A DNA stretch of 64,000 nucleotides from IMG/VR virus record IMGVR_UViG_3300008266_000011, one strand, 5' to 3'. The notes below the pieces were generated by a model that worked only from the letters and a program-made list of their open reading frames with translations, had not been told where the DNA came from and made no database searches. Below are positions 20,073 to 30,969 of the stretch, piece after piece (the first letter of the stretch is position 1; each line of letters starts with the position of its first letter). The DNA is from an uncultured virus (IMG/VR IMGVR_UViG_3300008266_000011) (taxonomy: Duplodnaviria; Heunggongvirae; Uroviricota; Caudoviricetes). A program made the translations under genes and the position numbers.

Positions 20073-20073
20073 A

Positions 20074-22734
20074 TTAAGCCTGGACTACCACCCTGTAGGT
20101 TTCTCCAGAGGCTGGAGCAACTGCAAATCTAATCTCTACAGTGTTTATTCCTGTTACATCGACATCTGTAACAACCTCTTCTTTGTTTGCTGTGTCGTAG
20201 ACCTTTACCTGAATATCTTCAGTGGCAAGGTTGTGTGTAATTGTGAAATCTGTTGCTGAGAACGGATTTACTGGAGTAATAGTTGCTGCAAATTTGCGAA
20301 CAACTACCGAAGTATCAATTGCAACTGTATCGGCTGCAACTGAGATGCCTGTTCCAGCACCAACATTAAACGTTGTGCCAGTCTGTGTGAGACCGTCACC
20401 AGCGGTGAACGCTCCCGCTCCTGAGAACTGTGTAAAGATAAGGTTAGTTGAGTTAAGAGTAATCGTCTCATTTGTTGAAAGAACCCAACCAGTGTCTGCT
20501 TGACCACCTTCCTCTACGAAGGTAAAGAGTCCTGCAGTAACTTCTCCAGTTGCGTTTGCATCTTCTGCACGAACAAGCACCCATGGAGTAGAGCCTGAAC
20601 CTTTGTGGTTAACTAGATAGATACCATGGTAAGCACGGTTTCCACCTGCTTCGTTCTTAACAAGGACTCGCTCGTTATCTTCAACTGCAACAGTGTCAAT
20701 TGTTAGGGCGCCATTTGCATTTGCAGTAAGCGTTCCACCATTAGCACTTGTGTAAGTGTATGCAGGAAGTGCTGCAGCAGTAGCGGCTCGTACAGACTCT
20801 TTAACATCAAGTCCCTGAGCAACTCCGTCTACATAGTCCTTTGTAGCAATAACTGCTGTGTCAACAGCAATGGTAAAGGTCTGCTGTGCACCGTTGTAGG
20901 TTGTTTGGATACCTGTTCCATCAACAACAACTGTGTTTAGCGCATCATTTACACGCTGTACTGAGAAGTAGAGATTGCCTGAACCTTCTGGAACGTCATC
21001 AGTATCAGCAATCGTTGCTGTGATGTCGCTGGTAAGAGCGATAGTACCTGCAGCATCTGGAAGACTGATATCTTGATTGGCAGTAGGTGTGATTGCTTTG
21101 AGGGTCGTTGTAAATTGAGCACCTTCAAATTTTGCACCTGTTGATGCAACAAAGGCATCAAATTTAATTTCATCGCCAGTTTTCTGTAACGCATAACCAG
21201 CAGTGATTGGGTCAGTGGTTCCTGTAGCACCCTGTGTACCTTGAACTCCCTGGACTCCCTGAACGCCTTGGGTGCCCTGTGTGCCCTGCGCACCGACTGT
21301 ACCCTGTGAACCCTGAGCACCATCAAGACCCTGAATACCATCAGTACCCTGAGTTCCCTGAGTTCCTTGGGCTCCTTCGGTACCTTGAGCACCATCAAGA
21401 CCTTGAATACCGTCTGTACCTTGCGTACCCTGGGTTCCTTGTGAACCGACAGTTCCCTGTGTTCCTTGAGAACCTACTGTGCCCTGTGCACCCTGTGCAC
21501 CTTCAGTGCCTTGAGTTCCTTGGGCTCCTTCAGTACCTTGAACACCCTGTTGACCTTCAACACCTTGAGCACCTTCGGTGCCCTGTGTTCCTTGAGCACC
21601 AAGAGTTCCCTGGGTTCCTTGAGAGCCGACAGTTCCTTGTACGCCTTGCGCACCAGTTGTACCTTGTAGACCAGTGTCACCCTTATCACCAACACGAGCA
21701 AATGTTAAGTAGATATTGTCGTTGTTAACAATAGTCAAAGTTCCTGATACGTATGCAACTGGAACTGTGTACCAAGTGCCCTGGTCAGTATGCGCATTAA
21801 CAATCTGGAAGAACGCATAGTTAAGTGGGTCTGTAGCGTCTGTTACTTTAATTGTTCCCTTGATACTTGATGTTGAGTCATCAATTGTTTCAAGGAATGA
21901 AGAAATATCTAAAGAATTAAAGTCAATATCATCAATGTACATCTCTGTAACTGAAGAGAATGTGGTGCTATCAAACTTTACGTTACCTGAACCTGGGTCT
22001 GTTTCACCAGTGTTTGTAAGGTAGTTGTACTCATGAGTTTCGCCACCGAATGAACCTGTAGCACCCTGTGTACCTTCAGTACCTTGAGCACCTTCTGCTC
22101 CTTGAGTTCCCTGTGTTCCTTGGGCGCCTTCTGCACCTTGCGTTCCTTGAGAACCTTCAGTTCCTTGTGCACCTTGCGCACCAAGAGTGCCTTGTACACC
22201 TTGTGTTCCTTGTGTGCCCTGGACTCCTTGTGCACCTACAGTGCCTTGCGTACCTTGCTGACCTTCAGTTCCTTGTGCACCCTCTGTTCCTTGAGTACCC
22301 TGCTGACCTTCAGTTCCTTGTGCACCCTCTGTTCCTTGTGTTCCTTGTGTTCCTTGCGCTCCTACAGTTCCTTGAGAACCAAGCGTTCCCTGAGTTCCTT
22401 GGGTTCCCTGAGCACCATTAGTTCCTTGCGTACCTTGAGTTCCCTGAGCACCGTTAGCACCGTCAAGACCTTGTGCACCAGCAGTACCCTGCGTTCCTTG
22501 AGTACCTTGTGCACCAGTATCGCCAGTTGCTCCTTGTGTACCTTGAGTTCCCTGAGCACCAGTACTGGTGTTAATCCATGAACTGCCATTCCAGGTGCGT
22601 AGATAACCAAGTACGGTATCAAAATAAATTTGACCTACAACAGGGCTCGATGGCGCTGTTGCTAGGTTCTGAATGCGAGCATTCTGTAATTCTAATTTAG
22701 ATAAATCAATCGGGGTTAAAAATTTACGTGCCAC
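20074..22734 (-). CDS. Long collagen-like tail fibre
   Basis: Two G-X-Q tracts, ATKDYVD knob motif, fibre-like C-terminus. Confidence 0.8.
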   Translation of the reverse strand: MARKFLTPIDLSKLELQNARIQNLATAPSSPVVGQIYFDTVLGYLRTWNGSSWINTSTGAQGTQGTQGATGDTGAQGTQGTQGTAGAQGLDGANGAQGTQGTQGTNGAQGTQGTQGTLGSQGTVGAQGTQGTQGTEGAQGTEGQQGTQGTEGAQGTEGQQGTQGTVGAQGVQGTQGTQGVQGTLGAQGAQGTEGSQGTQGAEGAQGTQGTQGAEGAQGTEGTQGATGSFGGETHEYNYLTNTGETDPGSGNVKFDSTTFSSVTEMYIDDIDFNSLDISSFLETIDDSTSSIKGTIKVTDATDPLNYAFFQIVNAHTDQGTWYTVPVAYVSGTLTIVNNDNIYLTFARVGDKGDTGLQGTTGAQGVQGTVGSQGTQGTLGAQGTQGTEGAQGVEGQQGVQGTEGAQGTQGTEGAQGAQGTVGSQGTQGTVGSQGTQGTQGTDGIQGLDGAQGTEGAQGTQGTQGTDGIQGLDGAQGSQGTVGAQGTQGTQGVQGVQGVQGTQGATGTTDPITAGYALQKTGDEIKFDAFVASTGAKFEGAQFTTTLKAITPTANQDISLPDAAGTIALTSDITATIADTDDVPEGSGNLYFSVQRVNDALNTVVVDGTGIQTTYNGAQQTFTIAVDTAVIATKDYVDGVAQGLDVKESVRAATAAALPAYTYTSANGGTLTANANGALTIDTVAVEDNERVLVKNEAGGNRAYHGIYLVNHKGSGSTPWVLVRAEDANATGEVTAGLFTFVEEGGQADTGWVLSTNETITLNSTNLIFTQFSGAGAFTAGDGLTQTGTTFNVGAGTGISVAADTVAIDTSVVVRKFAATITPVNPFSATDFTITHNLATEDIQVKVYDTANKEEVVTDVDVTGINTVEIRFAVAPASGETYRVVVQA

Positions 22735-22745
22735 TCAAGGTCTCC

Positions 22746-23066
22746 TTAAGATAGATAGGCTTTGCCACTGAACGCTGCTGTGAATGTGAGCACGATTTGA
22801 TTCCGATTGGTGTATGCGATTTCGCCCTCAACGATTGTACCACCTGAATCCTGAACTGTGACGTTAGGAAAAAAGTCAAGATTATGAAGTACAGTCCATG
22901 TTGCACTTGCTGTATTTTGGTTATGAGTATAAGCAAGGTCTGGAACTACTACCTCTGTTACTGACCCAGTCGTTCCATAAGAGGCTGTTCCTGAAGGCGT
23001 TGTAATACTAATGACGTCGTTTACATACGTCGTAGAATTAGCGCCTGGTCTTACATACTGGCTCAT
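22746..23066 (-). CDS. Small virion protein
   Basis: W.V.HNL...P.V.V.D..G motif, also at the end of the long fibre. Confidence 0.55.
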   Translation of the reverse strand: MSQYVRPGANSTTYVNDVISITTPSGTASYGTTGSVTEVVVPDLAYTHNQNTASATWTVLHNLDFFPNVTVQDSGGTIVEGEIAYTNRNQIVLTFTAAFSGKAYLS

Positions 23067-24127
23067 GGAACAGTCACCTCTTTAGTCAAGAAGATTTTAC
23101 CCGTAACGTACGTTTTTGTAACGCCGTTTGAATCCACCATTTGAATATCGTAGTACGACGTCTTTGGAAGGATACGAGTCTGGGCTTCAGTAAGGTCCAA
23201 CTGTAAAGTACGAAGCCCCGCTCCATCACCTGAACCAACGTCAGGTTTTGTAATGGTGAAAGAAGTTATTAAGGCAGAACTTCCAGGAAGCGCACGTATT
23301 TCTGCGGTTGCTGTGTAGGTATCGAGTTCAAAATCAAAGACCACGTTGAAGGTGTAGTCATCGCCTTCATAGATGTAAAGGTCTTGAACAACGGTTGTAA
23401 CAGGAACCTCAACTCCGCCATAGGTTGGGATAGGCACGTAAACTCTTGTTGGGGTCTCTCTATCATCGACTTCCATTGGCTCAAAGATTGGTACATAGCG
23501 ATTTGTAGTCTTTGAAATTCGGCGCAAACTAAAGACATCAATCTTGTACATACCGATGCCAAGTTGATTGCAGAGTTCCCTGTACTGATTCTGACGTGCC
23601 TGAATCATCTGCATTAACTGTTGATAACGTTCAGAACGTGGAATAGTTACACCATCTGGTGCAAACACGTTGATATCAAATGCCGCATCATTAGCCAAGG
23701 CATAAAGCGCCAAGGTAGACGCATATACAACTACTGGGTACTCTTCAAGAGCGGGCATATTAACTAAGGACACCGTGCGCCCGTACGCGTCCGTGTGATA
23801 AGCACTGTGTTCAGCAAATGCTGTGCTTATGTATTGCTCAATTTCTGATGTAGTGAAATATCTAAAGTAATTGCCAGCGACAACAATAACGTCGCCATCA
23901 GCAGGTGTTGTGTCAAAAACTATGTAGCCAGTGGCTTCTTCTACCTCAACATCATCTGACACATTTACGTTGTCTTGAATAATAGAAAGATTCGCGCCAT
24001 CAAGAGGCGAGTAAGGAACAAGAAAACGGTTAGTAGTTCCATCGGCTGTAAATTGATACACGAAGGACTTGGGGATATCGCCAATCTCATATCTGAGACG
24101 ACTGCCAAGGCTAGTTAAACTCGCCAC
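23063..24127 (-). CDS. Putative head-tail adaptor / neck protein with C-terminal BppU-like domain
   Basis: LRYEIGD N-terminus; downstream of capsid; IYEGDDY...YYDIQM C-domain. Confidence 0.55.
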   Translation of the reverse strand: MASLTSLGSRLRYEIGDIPKSFVYQFTADGTTNRFLVPYSPLDGANLSIIQDNVNVSDDVEVEEATGYIVFDTTPADGDVIVVAGNYFRYFTTSEIEQYISTAFAEHSAYHTDAYGRTVSLVNMPALEEYPVVVYASTLALYALANDAAFDINVFAPDGVTIPRSERYQQLMQMIQARQNQYRELCNQLGIGMYKIDVFSLRRISKTTNRYVPIFEPMEVDDRETPTRVYVPIPTYGGVEVPVTTVVQDLYIYEGDDYTFNVVFDFELDTYTATAEIRALPGSSALITSFTITKPDVGSGDGAGLRTLQLDLTEAQTRILPKTSYYDIQMVDSNGVTKTYVTGKIFLTKEVTVP

Positions 24128-24185
24128 ACTACCTCCGAAAATAAGTTGTAAGTATTGTCCCTTGTAACCGGAGATTTAACAGCGC

Positions 24186-24240
24186 AAAAAAGGTCCGACC
24201 CCCAACTGGGAGGAGGGCGGGAACCAGTTGAGGGTTGGAC
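24186..24240 (-). terminator. Rho-independent terminator
   Basis: Minus strand gtccaaccctcaactgg...ccagttggggtcggac followed by CTTTTTT. Confidence 0.7.
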
Positions 24241-24253
24241 TACTTGTGACGGC

Positions 24254-24637
24254 TTAGTTAGGCCGCCAAATGTATCCAAGTTGCTCTAGGTAATCAGCGA
24301 TGTGCCGTGGAACACGGTACTTAGCACCTGATTTAAAAGAGTAACTTTGCGGAGTCCCATTTACGACACCGAATGTCATGTCATCAATATCGGTGACGGT
24401 TCGAATGACTACGTATTCATTCGACACCGAAACTCCAACATCCTCAATGTCATCTAATACAAGAGGAGCATCGGGTTTCTTTGGGTCAAATACATCTCGC
24501 TCTAGGCTCTCGGCCTCTAACTGGTTAGCGATAGAAATTTCTTCTTGACGCTTCTTTAATTCAGCAGCATTCTTTTTTGCTGCTTTCTCGGCTGCAACTC
24601 CTGTTGCATCCAATGGACTTGTTGCTTTATTTGCCAC
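24254..24637 (-). CDS. Capsid-adjacent hypothetical protein
   Basis: ORF track; SD AGGAG. Confidence 0.6.
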   Translation of the reverse strand: MANKATSPLDATGVAAEKAAKKNAAELKKRQEEISIANQLEAESLERDVFDPKKPDAPLVLDDIEDVGVSVSNEYVVIRTVTDIDDMTFGVVNGTPQSYSFKSGAKYRVPRHIADYLEQLGYIWRPN

Positions 24638-24670
24638 GGTGTTTATTCTCCTAAGAATGTTGGTTGTTGT

Positions 24671-24705
24671 GTCTGGGGGTCAAAGAAGGAGTATGACCCC
24701 CAGAC
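24671..24705. terminator. Stem-loop after the major capsid gene
   Basis: GTCTGGGGGTCA / TGACCCCCAGAC perfect 12-bp inverted repeat. Confidence 0.6.
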
Positions 24706-24719
24706 GGTACTGCTAATTA

Positions 24720-25847
24720 CTAGTTGGTGTAGACCTTGACGATAGCCTGGTCTGTAATAACACCTAGACCCCAGATTGCGTACCAAGCAAGAGCGTGCTC
24801 ACGACCAAAGTCAAGAACACCACCATCACGAAGTTCAACTGGGAGAGAGATTGCGTGACCAAATGCATTGTCACCAATCATGATTGATTCGTAAACCTCA
24901 GCACCGTTACCAGTTGCAGAAGTTAAGTAACCCTTTTCAGCAGTGAAATCTGCAGACTCTGGGTTACCGCCTGAACCTGGACGAGTGTTAGCCTTAACAG
25001 GAACCTCAATCTGAGACGCAGGAACTCCTACGCTTGTTGAAGTTGTATAAGAAGCGTTAACAGCCAACTTCTTAACCTGTGTGGTTTCGATGAATACTAC
25101 GTCGTATAGACGTCCAATTTCACCGAGCATGAAGTTTCCTGGAGCAGCGTACTTTGTTACCTCGATGAACTCTGGGTTCGAACGGATATCGCGTGACTGC
25201 TTAGGGTGTACGAACTGTACGTATGTCTCACCGAGACGTGGGATGTTCTTACCAGCAAGGGTAAGAGCAGCATCCTTTACAGCACCTGTTGATAACTTGT
25301 AGTTACCATCTAGGTCTGAGAACTGTGTTGCTGCGGCACCTTCGTTGTACCAGTCATTGACACCCTGTAGTGCAGAGCGGTCATAACCAAATACTGCAGA
25401 TGTTGCTGCAGATAGTGTGTTACGTGCCTGTACATCTAGGTACTGTGCCATGTGGCGACCAAGAAGACGTGAGGCAGAAGCCATTACGTCATCGAAGGAT
25501 GCGTTGAGAAGAAGTTCAGAAACTGCTACTGCGTAGCCGTGTTCTGCAACAGTAATTGCAATCTGCTCTGCAGTAAGAGCGTTCGTTGTCATACGAACAC
25601 CTTCTGTTAGAGGAGATGGGTCTACTGCAAAGTTCTTGTAACGAAGGAAGTTCACACGAAGACCAGGAGCAACTCCTAGTTCAGTCTTCTTTACAGCAAA
25701 CTGTTCAAAACGAAGAATTGGCATTGCCTGGAAGAGGATTTCCTTCGACCAGATTGTTTGAATTGCTTGATTCAGGGATGTATTAGAGCCTGAATAAGCG
25801 GTAGGGGCGCTGGCTAGTTGACCAGTACCTGTAATTGCACTTGCCAT
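24720..25847 (-). CDS. Major capsid protein (N4-gp56 family)
   Basis: LTEGV, EHG.AV.VSE, FVHP.Q..D, GEIGRL..V.FIET, DFGR...AWY motifs. Confidence 0.9.
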   Translation of the reverse strand: MASAITGTGQLASAPTAYSGSNTSLNQAIQTIWSKEILFQAMPILRFEQFAVKKTELGVAPGLRVNFLRYKNFAVDPSPLTEGVRMTTNALTAEQIAITVAEHGYAVAVSELLLNASFDDVMASASRLLGRHMAQYLDVQARNTLSAATSAVFGYDRSALQGVNDWYNEGAAATQFSDLDGNYKLSTGAVKDAALTLAGKNIPRLGETYVQFVHPKQSRDIRSNPEFIEVTKYAAPGNFMLGEIGRLYDVVFIETTQVKKLAVNASYTTSTSVGVPASQIEVPVKANTRPGSGGNPESADFTAEKGYLTSATGNGAEVYESIMIGDNAFGHAISLPVELRDGGVLDFGREHALAWYAIWGLGVITDQAIVKVYTN

Positions 25848-25879
25848 TTAGGTCAAGTCCTTTCTAGATAGTTGTTGGA

Positions 25880-26644
25880 TTAACCGAACAGTCCCTGACC
25901 ACGATTGTTTGCTGCATTGCCAAGCAATTTGGCTCTTTGTTTCGCATAGTCTGCCAATGACATCTCCCTGATTGAATCAGGTGTTAACGATTGTGTGTCC
26001 GAATTGGTGTCGAGGGGTCCTGAGGCAGGCGCTGTTATGCGTGGTCCTGCCATTTGTGCTCTAGCAGACTGCATAGCCTGTTGAGCGGAATCGAGAATTC
26101 GAGCAGATTTTTCTTTAAGAGTTGAAATGCTCTGCTCAATTGCATCTTGTGTATCGCCTTCAATTAAATCAATAAGTTCAGGAATGATATTTTCTCTTTC
26201 CTGTTCCAATCGAGATTGACGGTAATTCATCAACTCTTGAAACTTGCGCTCTTGGTCTAAGAGTGCAATAGCACGTTCTCTTTCAAGACGTTCATTCTCT
26301 AATTGAGATTGAAATTCTTGCTCCTTCTTTTTGAGAAGGTCTTTGAAGGACAGTTCATTCTCTTCCTGTTCCTTCTTCAACTGTGCTGCACGACTTTCCT
26401 CTTCAGCAATGCGTGTTTGACGCTCTGCTTCACGGGCTGCCGTTTCCTCACGTTCTCTTTTCAGAGATGCGAGTTCTTCTTTCATCTTTTCAAGTTGTGG
26501 GTACAACTTTGCTTTTTCCTGTTCACGTGCCTTTGCAATATCATCGGCTGTATATCCAGGTAAAGACATAGTTGACTCGCTACTTTCAATTGGTGACAGA
26601 TTTGTGTCTGTCATTTCTACTGTGTTATCCATAGCAGTATTCAC
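25880..26644 (-). CDS. Capsid scaffolding protein
   Basis: Coiled-coil between portal and capsid; MSLADYAKQR C-terminal motif. Confidence 0.8.
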   Translation of the reverse strand: MNTAMDNTVEMTDTNLSPIESSESTMSLPGYTADDIAKAREQEKAKLYPQLEKMKEELASLKREREETAAREAERQTRIAEEESRAAQLKKEQEENELSFKDLLKKKEQEFQSQLENERLERERAIALLDQERKFQELMNYRQSRLEQERENIIPELIDLIEGDTQDAIEQSISTLKEKSARILDSAQQAMQSARAQMAGPRITAPASGPLDTNSDTQSLTPDSIREMSLADYAKQRAKLLGNAANNRGQGLFG

Positions 26645-26765
26645 TTATCTTTCTTGTCTCGTTGTCCGTATGCCTTGCGGCGTGTCCCTTGATTGTTATG
26701 AGATAATTGCATTACATTTATGCGTAATTGTCTCGTTATATTCCAAACTTTTTACAGTTGGAAAT

Positions 26766-28502
26766 CTACTCTCTATCTACCACCCGTCTTTGTGGAATCT
26801 TAGTTCCATAGGCTTGGGTTAGTAGGTCATTTCGGATACCAGCCTCGGCTTGGTCCTCAATCATCTTGGCCTCTTGAACTGCTGGGTCCTCTAGTTTTTT
26901 TGGAGTTTGTGGTCCTTCGATTCCATCTCCCATAACATCCCCATCGCCTAACTGCGTTGGAGCCAACGGAACCGCACTTGAACCATCAGGTCCTGGCATC
27001 ATTCCTGTTAAATCTTGGATTTGTTTCTGTATTTGAACGCGGATGAGAGAAAGAGCACCATCAGCCTTTGCATCCTCCATAAGTTCACGACGAATCTCTT
27101 GTAGTTTCTCTTCTGGGAACTCTTCGCCGAGTGTACGAAGTGCACCCTCTTTTGATTCAAGGCCCATACCAAGTTTGGTCTGGATTTCATTGAGGATAAT
27201 AAGTTTATCTAGAGGAAGTGGAGGTGGGAACTGCACATAGTTCATGTAAGAGATTGGGTCATTTGGGTCAAGGCGGTCTAATTGACCTACCTTAATAGGA
27301 CCATCTTCATCTGGATTGTAGAAGAACGTCTGTGGTTCCTTAATGGCAAGGGTGCGAAGTGCAAGTTCATTGATTCGCTCAAGACCTTTACCATATTGCG
27401 CTACTTTTTGAGAATAGCGGTTCATCAATGGTTGATACTGAATAGACAGAGCAACACCTGATGTGTTTGAGATTGGTTGGACTTGTCCAAGCGCAGTCTC
27501 AGGAATGTTCATTAGTTCGTGCATTGAGCGCTTTAGCAACTCAAGATACTTCAGTGCGCCGTCAACTCCTTGCGCACCACCTTCAAGATTGAAGACTTGG
27601 GCGTCTTTTGGAAGACCGCCCCAAACCTTCTTTGCACCTTTCTCAAGGTTAGAGGCTTTAGCACCTACGATAACTGTCACAGGAGAAGCGTGATAGTTAA
27701 TGATGTCTGCGACATCGGTGCTAATTTCGTTATATGCACGGTTGATAGTGATGATGTCGTGTGCGTCCGAGAGACCCCACGGTGAACCTGAAACAGGAAC
27801 ATTAGGAATATGTACCACTGGAATAAGACCAAGTGGGTTTGGACGTGAGTCGATGAGTTCATCGTTTATGTATTCTTCGATTACATCATCGGTCAAAATT
27901 TCAGTGTAAGTAAATACTTGTCTAGTACCTTCTAATGAGGTGCCCCAGAAACGATACTTTTGTTTGAATCTTAGTAGTCGAGTTCTATCATGTGGATGAA
28001 ACTCAGGGAAACAGAATGAGGAATTCATAGGAAGAATACGAACACGGCCTGGATGGAACATTCCAGCAGAGTCAGTCCAAGGCTCCTCGTATGCTACTTT
28101 AACAAATACATCGCCTGTGATGCCGCCTTGTTGTCCTATCTCAAGTAGGACACGCATCTTGTCATTATCAACTTCCCAGATACGTTCTAGACGGTCTGGA
28201 ACTATTGCTTCGGTAGATTTTGGAGAACGGAAATGAACACCACGACCAAAAACAAATCTTGCAAGGTAGTCATTAAATGCTCTGTAATAATTAACAGCAA
28301 TCTGCATTTCGCCTTGTTCACGGCGATAGCCCCAATGATGACCAAGGTACATTGCCCAGTTAAGGGAGTAACGGTTTAAACGAGGACCGTGAACCTCAAA
28401 TTCTTCGTCAGCAAGTTCTACAAGGCCAAGTGGTGAAATAGAAATAGTAAGGTCAGATGACGCCGCACGATACGACGGTGGCGTGAAATCAAGAAATGAC
28501 AT
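26766..28502 (-). CDS. Portal protein (SPP1 gp6-like)
   Basis: NPLG.IPVVHIPN..WGLSD, SGVAL motifs; size and position. Confidence 0.9.
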   Translation of the reverse strand: MSFLDFTPPSYRAASSDLTISISPLGLVELADEEFEVHGPRLNRYSLNWAMYLGHHWGYRREQGEMQIAVNYYRAFNDYLARFVFGRGVHFRSPKSTEAIVPDRLERIWEVDNDKMRVLLEIGQQGGITGDVFVKVAYEEPWTDSAGMFHPGRVRILPMNSSFCFPEFHPHDRTRLLRFKQKYRFWGTSLEGTRQVFTYTEILTDDVIEEYINDELIDSRPNPLGLIPVVHIPNVPVSGSPWGLSDAHDIITINRAYNEISTDVADIINYHASPVTVIVGAKASNLEKGAKKVWGGLPKDAQVFNLEGGAQGVDGALKYLELLKRSMHELMNIPETALGQVQPISNTSGVALSIQYQPLMNRYSQKVAQYGKGLERINELALRTLAIKEPQTFFYNPDEDGPIKVGQLDRLDPNDPISYMNYVQFPPPLPLDKLIILNEIQTKLGMGLESKEGALRTLGEEFPEEKLQEIRRELMEDAKADGALSLIRVQIQKQIQDLTGMMPGPDGSSAVPLAPTQLGDGDVMGDGIEGPQTPKKLEDPAVQEAKMIEDQAEAGIRNDLLTQAYGTKIPQRRVVDRE

Positions 28503-28774
28503 TACTTCTTGCCTTTATCCTTTTCGGATTTCTTGTCTTGTTTTTTGTTATCTTCTTTTTTAGTACTGCGTTTCTTTTCTTGTTCGTGTTGTTGTTTCTT
28601 TTGTGCCATCTTTCGACGACGGTCTGCTTCAGTTGTTTCTACGTACTGACCACCTGCTTGTTGATATTTTTTTGCAACCCAAGCACTAGCGCCAGGGTTA
28701 GGCCATTTAGAATATTTTGCTTTGGCCTGTGCAACAAACATTGCATACAGTTTTAAGTTAGCAGGTTTTCTCAC
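28502..28774 (-). CDS. Basic small protein
   Basis: LYA...QAK.KY.KWP...S.WV.K.Y...GG.Y motif. Confidence 0.6.
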   Translation of the reverse strand: MRKPANLKLYAMFVAQAKAKYSKWPNPGASAWVAKKYQQAGGQYVETTEADRRRKMAQKKQQHEQEKKRSTKKEDNKKQDKKSEKDKGKK

Positions 28775-28844
28775 TGAACTCCTCCAAATACATCCTGTTC
28801 CCGCCCATACACTACCGTATGAGCGGGTTCAGGTTGTCAAATAA

Positions 28845-29240
28845 CTAGTCGTTTACGACTGTTGGGGCTGGGCGCTGTTGACGTCCACCTGAGCGAACGA
28901 CAGTTTCAATCATCTGCTCTGCACGGTCTGTGTATGTGCCGTGAGCAAACTCGCCAAGCATTGTTGGTGCTTCAATCCAGGCAGCCGAACCAACATGTGC
29001 ACGCTCTGAGAGAGTTTCTGCGGCAGGCTTCTGCCATACAGGTGCATTGCGGTTTGGACGACCAGGAGCAACTGCTGAACCTTGTTGCATTCCTTTAACG
29101 AAATCGTTTGGAACGTCGGTGTCAGTTGCTACGCCTTCTTCAAAGCGTAGTGGTCCACGACGAACTGGGTTATCGCCCATCTTGCGTTCGTAGACATTAG
29201 GTGCACGCTCTGGAAAGCGAGGTGCTGGAGAAATAGCCAT
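28845..29240 (-). CDS. Hypothetical protein between terminase and portal
   Basis: SD AAGGAG; GPLRFEEG motif. Confidence 0.65.
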   Translation of the reverse strand: MAISPAPRFPERAPNVYERKMGDNPVRRGPLRFEEGVATDTDVPNDFVKGMQQGSAVAPGRPNRNAPVWQKPAAETLSERAHVGSAAWIEAPTMLGEFAHGTYTDRAEQMIETVVRSGGRQQRPAPTVVND

Positions 29241-29311
29241 TGGAGACTCCTTGTTTCTAGGTTTAGGTATACCTGGTAATAGTTTCCACCCTTTTATGCA
29301 CTTTGTGTGGC

Positions 29312-30889
29312 TTAACCAAAGAAAGGATTACTTGAAGCAACAACTTCTGGCATAACAAGGTCCTGAGTAAGAGAGCAGGCGATAGATAGTGAGTCCACAA
29401 AGTCATCGTGTGCGTAAGACTCGTCAGGAGCGGCTACAAGGAAATTAGGACCCTTGTATTGGACCTCTGCGTCTACCATCTGTTGATAGAACCGTTTCCA
29501 CGTTCTTAGGCGCCTAGTTTTTGCATGTGCAGGCCAAGACAGCATACGTCGTTGAAGCAGGGCCTGAAGATGTTTCCATCTCTTCGACTGCTCTGATGGA
29601 CTGGAGGTCAGAGACATAACCTCTGCTCTAGGCAAAAGAAGTTTTAATCTCTGTGCAACAGCATCGCCCACACCATTAGCGTCCACCCCAACAGCAAGCA
29701 CATCGTAGTTTTCTAAAAAGTTAACAATTTGATAGTACTGCTCTTCCCAATCATCTCCCTGCATTTCAAGCCAATTAAGAATACGATGGTCAAAGTAACC
29801 AAACTCATCTGGTCTATCCCAATCTACCCATACAACAGTTACAACAGTGCTGTCTGTTTTACGAGCAGGGTCAATACCAACAACTACTGGAGTCTTGTGC
29901 CAAGACTTTACTAACTCTTGTGATGTATCACCAAGTTCGTCCATTATTGATGATGTAACAAACATTCCACGTTCTAACAACCATTTACAGTTGTATGACA
30001 TTTGAAATTCATCGGAATCCTCACCAATACGCAACATTTCTTTTCTAATAAACTTTTCATAATTTTGATTAAACTTTGCTACGTCTTTCCAATCCCATTG
30101 GAAATGATTTTGACGAGAAGCACGACCTGTTTGTCGTCTACGGTTTAGTTGAATAGCGCGATAGAAGTTGTTTTTACTAGTTGTTGGTGTGCCAGTCTTT
30201 ACCATTGTTCCTGCATAGTAAGCCAACATAGGAGAAATAGATTTAGAAACAACAAAATCATCGGCTTCTTGACACTCATCAATGATTACAAGATGAAATG
30301 ATTTGGATTCAATTTTTGCTCTTGGGTTTGCAGTCATCATGGTGATAGTAGAGCCCGACTTCTTTAATCTAATCTGTCTAGTAACGCCTCCCACGCGTGC
30401 GGCTGAATCATCAATCTCAGGGTCATCCATAATTTCTAATGCACGTTCTGAACTAAGTCGTGTGACAGTTCTACCAAAAAGTGTTTCAGCCTGTGCTTCT
30501 GTTGGTGCAAATAATCCAACCCAAATTCCATCTTTAAACTTACCTAACAAGTCTGGGTATAACTTTGCAAGACGTGGAAGCAGAATCATCATTGTTGCAA
30601 CAGTGTCTGCAACAGTCTCTGACTTACCTGACTGACGAGATGCAAGCGCTGTAATCTCTTCGCCATCATTTATGATGACAGATTCCATAATGCGACGTGC
30701 TAAAGGTTTTTGATAAGGGTGTAAATCGTGTCCTACAAGTACCTTTAAGAACTCAAGCATCTTGTCTATAAGTTTGTCTACAAACTGTTGAGACAATTCG
30801 TCTAGGGGTGTGTCAGTTTCTTCTTCAACAGGCTGTTCTTCCTGAAGATAGAACTCAGGACTTATTTCTTCAAACTTATCGGTTTCCAT
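29312..30889 (-). CDS. terL: Terminase large subunit
   Basis: Walker A SRQSGKS, Walker B IIDECQ, GTP coupling motif, nuclease GIDPA, DANGVG, HDDFVDS. Confidence 0.95.
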   Translation of the reverse strand: METDKFEEISPEFYLQEEQPVEEETDTPLDELSQQFVDKLIDKMLEFLKVLVGHDLHPYQKPLARRIMESVIINDGEEITALASRQSGKSETVADTVATMMILLPRLAKLYPDLLGKFKDGIWVGLFAPTEAQAETLFGRTVTRLSSERALEIMDDPEIDDSAARVGGVTRQIRLKKSGSTITMMTANPRAKIESKSFHLVIIDECQEADDFVVSKSISPMLAYYAGTMVKTGTPTTSKNNFYRAIQLNRRRQTGRASRQNHFQWDWKDVAKFNQNYEKFIRKEMLRIGEDSDEFQMSYNCKWLLERGMFVTSSIMDELGDTSQELVKSWHKTPVVVGIDPARKTDSTVVTVVWVDWDRPDEFGYFDHRILNWLEMQGDDWEEQYYQIVNFLENYDVLAVGVDANGVGDAVAQRLKLLLPRAEVMSLTSSPSEQSKRWKHLQALLQRRMLSWPAHAKTRRLRTWKRFYQQMVDAEVQYKGPNFLVAAPDESYAHDDFVDSLSIACSLTQDLVMPEVVASSNPFFG

Positions 30890-30969
30890 ATGTCCCCATT
30901 AAACAGCGTGACCCACCTTTTGGGTGGGTCAACGCTAGACCTGTAGAGAGGCGAAGCATTAAAAGCATA

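Noticed and set aside
18537..22622. Many alternative-frame ORFs and tandem 9-bp repeats
   Set aside because: By-products of collagen G-X-Q coding; not CRISPR (no unique spacers) and not separate genes
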